Shown here piece after piece: positions 1 through 7,373 of a stretch of 40,155 nt of DNA (positions within the stretch are counted from its first letter, which is position 1; each line of letters starts with the position of its first letter). A program made the position numbers and the translations under genes. Source of the stretch: a virus (taxonomy: Duplodnaviria > Heunggongvirae > Uroviricota > Caudoviricetes); the IMG/VR virus record IMGVR_UViG_2541047888_000009, one strand, 5' to 3'. The notes beneath the pieces were generated by a model. That model was given only the letters and a program-made list of their open reading frames with translations, was not told the DNA's origin and searched no databases.

Positions 1-516
1 ATGAAATTAAAAAAATGTCTTCTGCCTGTGGCAATGTTAGCGTCATTTACTCTGGCAGGATGCCAGTCAAATGCTGATGATCATGCCGCCGATGTTTATC
101 AAACCGATCAACTGAATACCAAACAAGAAACTAAAACCGTTAATATTATTTCCATTCTTCCCGCAAAAGTTGCCGTAGACAACGCCCAAAATAAACGGAA
201 CGCACAAGCCTTCGGCGCGCTTATTGGCGCTGTCGCTGGCGGTGTTATCGGCCACAACGTCGGGTCTGGCAGCAATTCCGGAACGACAGCAGGTGCAGTT
301 GGCGGCGGAGCTGTTGGCGCAGCAGCGGGTTCTATGGTGAATGATAAAACCTTAGTGGAAGGTGTTTCTTTAACATATAAGGAAGGCACCAAAGTGTATA
401 CCTCCACCCAGGTGGGTAAAGAGTGCCAGTTTACGACAGGTTTAGCCGTTGTTATTACCACGACGTATAACGAAACGCGTATTCAGCCAAATACCAAATG
501 TCCTGAAAAGAGCTAA
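1..516 (+). CDS. Outer-membrane lipoprotein with glycine-zipper domain (SlyB/Pcp-like); host flank or terminal moron
   Basis: Signal peptide ending in lipobox LAGC (MKLKKCLLPVAMLASFTLAGCQS); Gly/Ala-rich stretch GALIGAVAGGVIGHNVGSG...GGGAVGAAAGS typical of glycine-zipper lipoproteins. Family assignment from memory. Confidence 0.6.
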   Translation: MKLKKCLLPVAMLASFTLAGCQSNADDHAADVYQTDQLNTKQETKTVNIISILPAKVAVDNAQNKRNAQAFGALIGAVAGGVIGHNVGSGSNSGTTAGAVGGGAVGAAAGSMVNDKTLVEGVSLTYKEGTKVYTSTQVGKECQFTTGLAVVITTTYNETRIQPNTKCPEKS

Positions 517-531
517 TAATCAGGAGGAGTC

Positions 532-1072
532 ATGAAGAAAGTTTTTCTTTGCGCCATCTTAGCCTCCTTAAGCTATCCGGCTATCGCCTCATCATTGCAG
601 GATCAACTCTCGGCTGTCGCAGAAGCGGAACAGCAAGGTAAAAATGAAGAGCAAAGGCAGCATGACGAATGGGTCGCGGAGCGCAACAGGGAAATCCAGC
701 AAGAGAAGCAACGTCGCGCAAACGCCCAGGCCGCGGCTAATAAAAGAGCGGCAACGGCAGCAGCGAATAAGAAAGCTCGTCAGGATAAACTGGACGCCGA
801 AGCCACTGCGGACAAAAAAACGCGATCAAAGTTATGAAGATGAGCTACGTAGCTTAGAGATTCAGAAGCAAAAACTGGCGCTGGCGAAAGAAGAAGCCCG
901 CGTTAAGCGCGAAAACGAATTTATCGATCAGGAACTGAAGCACAAAGCTGCGCAAACCGATGTGGTGCAATCTGAAGCTGACGCAAACAGAAATATGACT
1001 GAAGGCGGTCGCGATCTGATGAAAAGCGTGGGTAAAGCAGAAGAGAACAAATCGGACAGCTGGTTTAACTAA
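532..1072 (+). pseudogene. Secreted coiled-coil protein split across two frames at an A7 homopolymer (814..820): frameshifted gene, sequencing error or slippage-prone tract
   Basis: ORF 532..837 has a strong RBS (AGGAGG at 521..526) and signal peptide (MKKVFLCAILASLSYPAIASS); the reading frame continues in the +1 frame ORF 644..1072. Removing one A from the A7 run joins them into one ~180-aa protein. Confidence 0.45.
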
Positions 1073-1110
1073 GCGATGTCAGTAACTTCAAGCCTATGAT
1101 TCGTGAGTAT

Positions 1111-1143
1111 AAAAAACCCTCTGTAGTAACAGAGGGTTTTGTT
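1111..1143. terminator. Bidirectional rho-independent terminator between the left-flank genes and the lysis operon
   Basis: AAAAAA-CCCTCTGT-AGTA-ACAGAGGG-TTTT: 8-bp GC-rich stem flanked by an A-run and a T-run, so it reads as hairpin plus U-tract on both strands. Confidence 0.6.
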
Positions 1144-1267
1144 CATTCATAGTACAGGGTTCAAATCATTCCCACTCAATTATTTACGACACACATAACC
1201 AATTGACTGATAACAACTTTCTGCAACCTGATTTTCGCCGTACCGTTTTATATACCGTCACCGGAAA

Positions 1268-1765
1268 TCAGTGCCACGATTTTTGTTTCTTCAGTGAATC
1301 GTATTGCTGTTCGCAGGATTCTCCTGCAATCCGATACTTTTCAGCCTCAGCTGCTGTTGCGTTGTAAACTCGGTTGCTTTCTTCAAGCATGTCGGCGAGC
1401 ACACCGATGACCTTGCTGGCTGACGTGCCAGTGGGGAAAGATCCGGTATAGTGTTCGGCGAGTCGCTTGGTTTTGTCAAGCTCGGCGCGCAGGCTGTCAG
1501 CAGCGGCATTAGCATGCTCAGCATCAACACGCGCCACATCGATACGGGATTGTGCTTCACGTTCAATTTGTGTTTTCTCCTGATCACGTTGTGACCTGGC
1601 CTTATCATCAGCCTGTTTCTGATCTTCCTGTGCCTGTGCATACCCGGCGTCGTACTGACGACTACCGTGTGCATTCCAGGCTACAACTCCTGATATGACC
1701 AGAACAGCAAGCATCGCCATGATAACCAACTGTTTCCAGTATGCTTTTGCGAATGCCCAGATCAT
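1268..1765 (-). CDS. Rz-like inner-membrane spanin (i-spanin)
   Basis: Last gene of the lysis cassette; N-terminal TM helix ([18 protein letters not shown]) followed by a charged coiled-coil region; start overlaps the endolysin stop. Confidence 0.6.
   Translation of the reverse strand: MIWAFAKAYWKQLVIMAMLAVLVISGVVAWNAHGSRQYDAGYAQAQEDQKQADDKARSQRDQEKTQIEREAQSRIDVARVDAEHANAAADSLRAELDKTKRLAEHYTGSFPTGTSASKVIGVLADMLEESNRVYNATAAEAEKYRIAGESCEQQYDSLKKQKSWH
1291..1539 (-). CDS. Rz1-like outer-membrane lipoprotein spanin (o-spanin), embedded in the +1 frame of the Rz-like gene
   Basis: Alternate-frame ORF wholly inside 1268..1765 with signal-like [17 protein letters not shown], lipobox LTAC and a proline-rich mature region. 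Start codon choice uncertain. Confidence 0.4.
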   Translation of the reverse strand: MWRVLMLSMLMPLLTACAPSLTKPSDSPNTIPDLSPLARQPARSSVCSPTCLKKATEFTTQQQLRLKSIGLQENPANSNTIH

Positions 1766-2391
1766 ACCGCCAGCACCTTACTGGCAGTGATGTATCGCGC
1801 GCGCCGGTCATCAATGCCGTTCCGGCCACCATTGATAAGCAGAGTTACACGTGCAATATCTCCGGTATACTTCATGCAGCCTTTGCTGGAGAAGAACCAC
1901 GCCGCGCTACGAGCCGCGTATTCGTCCTGCGCCAACAGTTCAGGATTCTCCAGCAGGTCCACTTTCAGGCCGTTTCCGCAATCACGATAGTTATTCAAAC
2001 CGGTAATCTGGATAAGTCCGCGACCCCGGTAATTCCAGCCATCGCCGGGGGCATTGTTCCCCATGCGTTTGCTGTACACCAAATTTGCGATCGCACGCTG
2101 GCGCTCGAGTGGTAATGGCGGTTCACCAGCACGGCGACCCAGTGCGTTGGCCTGTCCCTGAGTGAGACGCCCAGCCCGAACAAAGTTAGCCAGTCCGCTG
2201 ACGCTGTAGTTGAAATTTTCCTGCAACCGGGTGAAACCTCCAGACTCATGCCCGACCTGAGCAATAAACATTGCCTGATCTTCTGGTTTGCTGATACCAA
2301 ACTCTTTCATCGCAGAAGTTATATGCGAGAACCAGCGTGCGGCCAGCGCCTCGCTAATACCAGCAGCTCGCTGGAATTGTTTAATCTCCAT
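1762..2391 (-). CDS. Endolysin, glycoside hydrolase family 19 (chitinase-like lysozyme)
   Basis: Start at internal ATG ([11 protein letters not shown]) preceded by a GAGG RBS; GH19-type motif [12 protein letters not shown]...[12 protein letters not shown]. The listed longer ORF (to 2556) is an upstream extension without RBS. Confidence 0.85.
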   Translation of the reverse strand: MEIKQFQRAAGISEALAARWFSHITSAMKEFGISKPEDQAMFIAQVGHESGGFTRLQENFNYSVSGLANFVRAGRLTQGQANALGRRAGEPPLPLERQRAIANLVYSKRMGNNAPGDGWNYRGRGLIQITGLNNYRDCGNGLKVDLLENPELLAQDEYAARSAAWFFSSKGCMKYTGDIARVTLLINGGRNGIDDRRARYITASKVLAV

Positions 2392-2689
2392 GTTTAGACC
2401 TCGATACTTTGAAAATTTGAACGACGTTACCGCGCGTTTTAATAACCGCAGCGAGCATGACAGCGTTGATAATGACCTCAGATAAATCCACAGCCATTGG
2501 CGTGCGGAACCAGATTGCATAGGCAACACGAACCGGAATACTGGCCGCAGCAACAATCAGGAAATAAGCAAGCCACCCCCCCCATCTTCGATGTTGAGAT
2601 CCGTTACGCCGGAATGTGACAACACGAATTGCTATGCCAGTACAAATAACTGCATTGGTGATAAGCAAAAAAAACTCATGCGTTACCAT
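2381..2689 (-). CDS. Small membrane protein in the lysis cassette (holin or antiholin candidate)
   Basis: 102 aa with 2-3 predicted TM segments; GGAG RBS 8 nt upstream; overlaps the endolysin start by 11 bp, suggesting translational coupling. Confidence 0.5.
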   Translation of the reverse strand: MVTHEFFLLITNAVICTGIAIRVVTFRRNGSQHRRWGGWLAYFLIVAAASIPVRVAYAIWFRTPMAVDLSEVIINAVMLAAVIKTRGNVVQIFKVSRSKHGD

Positions 2690-3080
2690 CGTCTTTTCTC
2701 CCCGGAATTAACTCGCGTGGATTATCGGAACGGTGGTAGAGCCATATACCAATACGCACAGCAACAATTGCTGACACGAATGCGCCAGCAGAGAAAACAA
2801 TCCCTTTTTCAAAAGAGTCCTGCGTGATAGTAGGGATCAGGCTGGCTATGCCGATAAGAATTGATGCTGCTGGTTTATAAAAAAGAAGGCCGCAGAGAAA
2901 GCTAAGCATCGACAAGAGTACACGACGACGAATGGGATACTCTACCGCAGAGGTAACAAAAATTACCGCTCCAGCCAAAGCCCCCAAAGCAACCTCAGGA
3001 GGAACTCCTGCTATCACCGCCGCCAGAGAACTCATGCTAAGCCACTGATTTAAAGTTTCACTGGTTAGTTGAGCTGACAT
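2676..3080 (-). CDS. Putative holin (multi-TM membrane protein)
   Basis: First gene of the lysis cassette; several hydrophobic helices (LAAVIAGVPPEVALGALAGAVIFV, ILIGIASLIP, FVSAIVAVRIGIWL); ATG at 3080 with GGTGGA RBS, alternative GTG at 3089. Confidence 0.5.
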   Translation of the reverse strand: MSAQLTSETLNQWLSMSSLAAVIAGVPPEVALGALAGAVIFVTSAVEYPIRRRVLLSMLSFLCGLLFYKPAASILIGIASLIPTITQDSFEKGIVFSAGAFVSAIVAVRIGIWLYHRSDNPRELIPGRKDDGNA

Positions 3081-3300
3081 GTTTTCCACCGTTTATATGC
3101 ATAACTACCTCCTGAACAGTAAAGCATTATGCATGATAAACCATTTATGGTTTTTTGTTACTTCAACATCGTCAATCCCCTGTTTTCATGCCGATAATAA
3201 GGCTCACCTTTTACATAACACTGAAGAAACAACAGTACAGAAATGATTCAAACTATGGAGATCGGGTTGAATACCGCGCCATTTGATGGCGCGGTAGCGG

Positions 3301-3585
3301 TCAAATAGAGAAATAAATACAAAAACAAAAAATGACAGGAACAGCAAAATCCAACAGACTTCCCACATCCCACACGCGTGGATCAAAACCTCCCCACCAT
3401 GGCATGTTGATACGTTTCCCTTTCCCAAACTTTTCTATCCAGCGATATTCTGCCTGGGTGTGTTCACGCGCAATGAAGAACGTACAACCGGCTATCGCAC
3501 CGTAAGCCCAGTTTCCGGTAGAAAGGCCAACCAGTATCTGCGCAATAACCGCGCATACTGCATGTGTTATTGGTGTTGTATCCAT
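3301..3585 (-). CDS. Small membrane protein of unknown function between tailspike and lysis genes
   Basis: ATG at 3585 with AAGGA RBS; 94 aa with N- and C-terminal hydrophobic segments (AVCAVIAQILVGL..., LLDFAVPVIFCFCIYF). The listed longer ORF begins at a non-ATG codon. Confidence 0.5.
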   Translation of the reverse strand: MDTTPITHAVCAVIAQILVGLSTGNWAYGAIAGCTFFIAREHTQAEYRWIEKFGKGKRINMPWWGGFDPRVWDVGSLLDFAVPVIFCFCIYFSI

Positions 3586-3621
3586 ATTTTTATCCTTTTT
3601 TAATTTAGCAAATTGATACAA

Positions 3622-6396
3622 TTACACTCCTGATACTTCAATAGATAGTTGAATCTTATTTGGCATCTTGTTGCTTAAATATATGGTTGCAAAGTCAAAC
3701 GAAATATTTAAGTTATTTTCATCACCATCATTATCTGAAAGAACTCCGGTTTTCAATACAACATTTTGCTTATTAATTTCTTTTAAAGGAGAAAAATCAA
3801 TTGCCTCACCACGATGAATAAGAACACCAACTGCAATTACCCCATGAATATCAAGTATGTCGTGCATATCAAGGCGAACACATGGGACATATCCACCAAC
3901 AAGGATACTTGTAGATTTGTTGGCTTCAAGTGTTATTAGATATTTTCCGTCTGGTTGAACTATTGTTCCTGCTATTCCATCTGGCGTGTTGAACATACCG
4001 CAGTATCTGTATCCTGCTCCAACAGGAACAATTCTGTTACCGCCAAGATCATGGAAATTTCGAACAATTATTGCACCAGGAACTGATGAATAAACCATTA
4101 CTGCCTCTGTTTGCCCTGATACAGAGTCTGATGTTTCTGGGTTCGCCATGCATAAATTACCACCAAAATAAATATTTTGGATTAGAGGGGTGAGGCCATC
4201 ATTAACCTCAAAACGTAAAAAGCCCTTGAGAACAGTCCTTGCGGTATTATTCTTAATAACAACAGGAAGTTCTTTATAGTAAGAGTTTCTGTCTGTCTGT
4301 GCCAGAGTTGTTTCAATAAAAACAAAAGGTCTGTGATTACGTTGAGTTGCATTCACAGGTTTGTACCTCAAGTTGTATGGCAAAGACATCTCAGTAAAAC
4401 CATCAATATAATTACAGTTCTGAATCGTGAACCCACCACCACTATATCTTACAAAAAAAGGAGCCGGGCCGCTAAATCCCCTGGCGTTCATTCCATCATA
4501 CACTTCATTTAATCCGCGTATTACACCAGCATAATACAAATTGACTGAATTGCCGCCTGTAAAAGTTGTTTCGTATGATGGGCCGTGTCCACCGCAACAT
4601 GAATTTCTTGTATCGCCATCAGGGAAAAATTTAACTCCATCATATGCAGTTCCACCACCCATCATCGTTGGATTTATAATGTTATTATACAGTGATACCA
4701 TTTGAGTCCCGCTTACATCAAGCCCCCTCCTGCAAGCAAATGCTATCATATCCACGACTGTGCAATAGCTGCTATTGTATATTTCAACACCATAACCAGT
4801 GCCGTTTGTTAAATCATATGCACGGTTTGAGTATTCAATATATGGCTCTATTATTTTCGTTCTGTAGCATGACTCAAGAAAAATTCCAGTTTCTGAAAAG
4901 CCGATTAGTTTTATTCCTTCTATATGCATATCAACAGCGCCATCTATCACAAGACCACGGAACCCCAAATCACCAGGAGATGCGTTCTGCGTGACAGGTC
5001 TTTCAAAATTGAAATCACCGACAATTCTGCCGTAGCATGGTTTTCTTTTATATATATTTGCCTTTCTTGTGATTTTAAACACGTCTCCAACAGATGGTTT
5101 AAACGGGAATGGTCCCTGAGCATATTCAAATTTTGCTGTTTTAGTGTCGTAATCCCAATGAGTTATGTATCTTGATATTCCGGCGTTAGCTCCGGTGACA
5201 CCTGTTACTTTTACCTGATTGTATTGTTTTGTTAATGTTGCATCATTACCAAATGAGAATTCACCTCCGGATACAGATGCTGTTACGGTCGTTGAGTAAT
5301 CATTGCTCGCAGAGTAGAAAAAATAAAATGCACCTGATATCTCCGCTTTTTTTGTTGCATTATCAAAAGCAGTAACAACATGCATTTCACCTTCACAAGC
5401 CTGTCCTCTATTATCTGTCTGAATTAAGCGATTACCATGAATCATAATTATATCGCCTGCATCAAAAGAATATGCTGAGTTAATTGATATTGATGTGTCA
5501 CCAGGATTTATTGTTGAATTATAGTCAATTGGCGTGGCATCTCCACCTTCGAGTCTTATGAAATAATCATCAATCCAGTTTGGACCAAGAGGCTCTTTTG
5601 CGGTTGACTTTAAGACAACCTTGCCATCAGCTACCCAGTCATAGTTATAATTATCCCCGCCGCATTTTATGCGGCTAATCAAATACACACCAGAATCCCA
5701 CTTCAGGCGTTTTCCGTTAGATGCGCAGTAAATGATGGCATTTGTTATTGCGTCTGTATCGTCAGTAATGCCATCCCCTTTTGCACCAAAATCGCGAACA
5801 TTGACGATATCCCGCATCTTATCCTGGAACGTTCGATATACTGCCCCAAAACCATACTGAATAAACCAACCAAAACCACCAACAACCCCGGCGATTGCAG
5901 CATCGACATAATTACGCATTGAGCGATTATTTACAGCATCCTGCTCAAGTGATGGATCTGCAAGGTTAGAAATTCTGTTTTGCTTTGCATCGTAATATTT
6001 TGCAAGCAAAGATGGTTTCATCAATGCACGTCTGAACCACCCAAAACATCGCTGGATCAGCATCGTCAGGTAGTCAAATGCATCCTCATGAACTTCGGGG
6101 AAAAATTTTCCCTGATTGCGAAGATCAGTCTCCTGCACCACATCAAGCACACGCTCTATCGTGATTTTCCAGCCAGCAGCAAGCGGCGACGGAAGAACAA
6201 CAGAACCGCCACTATAAGTGCCCGCCCCAGTTACCGTATAACCGGTATCCAGAACCAATTCTGTTACGTTACCGTTCAGGTCAGACACCTGAACAACCAG
6301 GTCTGTTTTTTTGAAAATGCGGAAGGTATACGGAAATGATGTCGTAACGCCGTTACCTGTGTATTCGTTGTGGTCAACTTCGGTTGAGACCGTCAT
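3622..6396 (-). CDS. Tailspike protein: T7 gp17-like N-terminal adaptor domain fused to a pectate-lyase-like beta-helix (polysaccharide depolymerase type)
   Basis: N-terminus EYTGNGVTTSFPYTFRIFKKTDLVV resembles the T7 tail-fibre N-terminal domain; internal motif NVRDFGAKGDGITDDTDAITNAI is typical of pectate-lyase superfamily beta-helix tailspikes; GGAG RBS. Confidence 0.8.
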   Translation of the reverse strand: MTVSTEVDHNEYTGNGVTTSFPYTFRIFKKTDLVVQVSDLNGNVTELVLDTGYTVTGAGTYSGGSVVLPSPLAAGWKITIERVLDVVQETDLRNQGKFFPEVHEDAFDYLTMLIQRCFGWFRRALMKPSLLAKYYDAKQNRISNLADPSLEQDAVNNRSMRNYVDAAIAGVVGGFGWFIQYGFGAVYRTFQDKMRDIVNVRDFGAKGDGITDDTDAITNAIIYCASNGKRLKWDSGVYLISRIKCGGDNYNYDWVADGKVVLKSTAKEPLGPNWIDDYFIRLEGGDATPIDYNSTINPGDTSISINSAYSFDAGDIIMIHGNRLIQTDNRGQACEGEMHVVTAFDNATKKAEISGAFYFFYSASNDYSTTVTASVSGGEFSFGNDATLTKQYNQVKVTGVTGANAGISRYITHWDYDTKTAKFEYAQGPFPFKPSVGDVFKITRKANIYKRKPCYGRIVGDFNFERPVTQNASPGDLGFRGLVIDGAVDMHIEGIKLIGFSETGIFLESCYRTKIIEPYIEYSNRAYDLTNGTGYGVEIYNSSYCTVVDMIAFACRRGLDVSGTQMVSLYNNIINPTMMGGGTAYDGVKFFPDGDTRNSCCGGHGPSYETTFTGGNSVNLYYAGVIRGLNEVYDGMNARGFSGPAPFFVRYSGGGFTIQNCNYIDGFTEMSLPYNLRYKPVNATQRNHRPFVFIETTLAQTDRNSYYKELPVVIKNNTARTVLKGFLRFEVNDGLTPLIQNIYFGGNLCMANPETSDSVSGQTEAVMVYSSVPGAIIVRNFHDLGGNRIVPVGAGYRYCGMFNTPDGIAGTIVQPDGKYLITLEANKSTSILVGGYVPCVRLDMHDILDIHGVIAVGVLIHRGEAIDFSPLKEINKQNVVLKTGVLSDNDGDENNLNISFDFATIYLSNKMPNKIQLSIEVSGV

Positions 6397-6500
6397 GTTA
6401 AATCTCCAGATAGTCGCAGCACCCGTTGCGCCGCATATCTGGTTATTCTATTACCTGAAAAACCACATATGGATAGAAATACTGTGAATATAAATAGATA

Positions 6501-6515
6501 TTACCTTTTAGGTAA
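6501..6515. promoter_or_regulatory. Copy of the operator palindrome TTACC-N5-GGTAA (TTACCTTTTAGGTAA) upstream of the LexA-controlled moron
   Basis: Exact match to the 15-bp inverted repeat that clusters in the immunity region. Confidence 0.5.
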
Positions 6516-6554
6516 TTTGCAAAACGTGCTGGATAGCAAACAAATTATTTGATA

Positions 6555-6570
6555 CTGTATAAATATACAG
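6555..6570 (+). promoter_or_regulatory. LexA (SOS) box CTGTATAAATATACAG
   Basis: Perfect CTGT-N8-ACAG palindrome with AT-rich centre, 22 bp upstream of the ATG at 6593 and overlapping the probable -10 region. Confidence 0.7.
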
Positions 6571-6592
6571 TTATTGCATGGAGAAGATTAAG

Positions 6593-6850
6593 ATGCAGCA
6601 GTATCACTATCCACTGGAAGACGGATTTACCGAAAGGATTCACACGCCGGGAGGCGTCAAGTCACTGGTGGAGGGATCGCACTTGATGAAATTACTCCGG
6701 GATCTAGATAAGGATGGATTTAATGTCGATGGCCCACTTGCCGAACTGACTGCACTGATTAACTACGTCACCAGCTCACAGATGTCTATGCAGGATCTGC
6801 AAACACATCTCGACTATTGTGCCGAACAATTACGAAAACAAACCACATAA
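6593..6850 (+). CDS. LexA-regulated small protein (85 aa), opposite strand to the virion genes; candidate antirepressor
   Basis: ATG at 6593 preceded by GGAG (6581..6584); LexA box immediately upstream; followed by a hairpin terminator. No family recognised. Confidence 0.6.
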   Translation: MQQYHYPLEDGFTERIHTPGGVKSLVEGSHLMKLLRDLDKDGFNVDGPLAELTALINYVTSSQMSMQDLQTHLDYCAEQLRKQTT

Positions 6851-6856
6851 AGAAAA

Positions 6857-6872
6857 GGCCGCGAAAGCGGCC
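6857..6872. terminator. Hairpin GGCCGC-GAAA-GCGGCC, terminator for the minus-strand membrane-protein gene and probably the plus-strand moron
   Basis: 6-bp GC stem; on the minus strand it is followed by TTTTCTTTAT; on the plus strand the T-run is displaced by the GTGACATGTCAC palindrome. Confidence 0.5.
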
Positions 6873-6873
6873 T

Positions 6874-6885
6874 GTGACATGTCAC
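6874..6885. repeat. 12-bp perfect palindrome GTGACATGTCAC, copy 1 of 3
   Basis: Exact 12-mer also at 24431..24442 and 26882..26893; all three in short intergenic gaps. Confidence 0.8.
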
Positions 6886-7178
6886 GTCCCTTTTCTGAAT
6901 GATAGCCATTCGAAAAATGATGACATTCCACCGCAGACAATAGCAAAGATGATCCCACCAAAGAAGAGAAGGCCAGCCTGCCACCACTCCCACCGCCATA
7001 CATCCACAGCGCCAACCATACCAACAATCGCTCCAACAAATGGAATATAGCTCACGATGAAAGCAATGGGGGCTGCAATTATCCAGTGCAATCCCCACCA
7101 TGATTCAAGCCCAGCCATAATTGCTGCCAACTGAAAAAGACCAACGACGATATAAACAATGAATCCTATAGCTTGCAT
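6882..7178 (-). CDS. Small integral membrane protein (98 aa), unknown function
   Basis: AGGTGA RBS; three hydrophobic helices and a Trp-rich loop (VDVWRWEWWQAG); lies between the last internal virion protein gene and the tailspike. Confidence 0.55.
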   Translation of the reverse strand: MQAIGFIVYIVVGLFQLAAIMAGLESWWGLHWIIAAPIAFIVSYIPFVGAIVGMVGAVDVWRWEWWQAGLLFFGGIIFAIVCGGMSSFFEWLSFRKGT

Positions 7179-7373
7179 GTAGTCACCTATTTACCCAGTA
7201 AAAATAAGAGGCCTCCCCTCAATAAGGCTTGCAACAAGAACTACTCCCTGCACAACAAAGATGAACCAGCAAATAGCTTGAGTCTGAGGGTTAAGAAAAT
7301 ATTTGTAGCGGTCAATAAATAACAATCCACCAGAAATTATCACACTCAAAATAATTAAAAACACAACACTTCC

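Noticed and set aside
67-461. Minus-strand ORFs 67..255 and 108..461 opposite the lipoprotein gene
   Set aside because: Antisense to a gene with clear signal peptide and lipobox; the Ala/Pro-rich translation is the mirror of the glycine-zipper codons.
1150-1267. T-loop-like GGTTCAAATC near 1163 as a tRNA-derived att site
   Set aside because: No flanking stems pair to give a T-arm or acceptor stem; could not reconstruct any tRNA fragment.
6874-6885. GTGACATGTCAC read as a CRP or FNR binding site
   Set aside because: Half-sites resemble TGTGA/TCACA but are separated by 4 bp, not the 6 bp of CRP, and do not match the FNR TTGAT-N4-ATCAA consensus.
7191-7364. 57-aa hydrophobic minus-strand ORF between the 98-aa membrane protein and the 824-aa virion protein
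   Set aside because: No ATG start (only GTG/TTG) and poor RBS spacing; may be a real small membrane peptide but the evidence is too thin to call.
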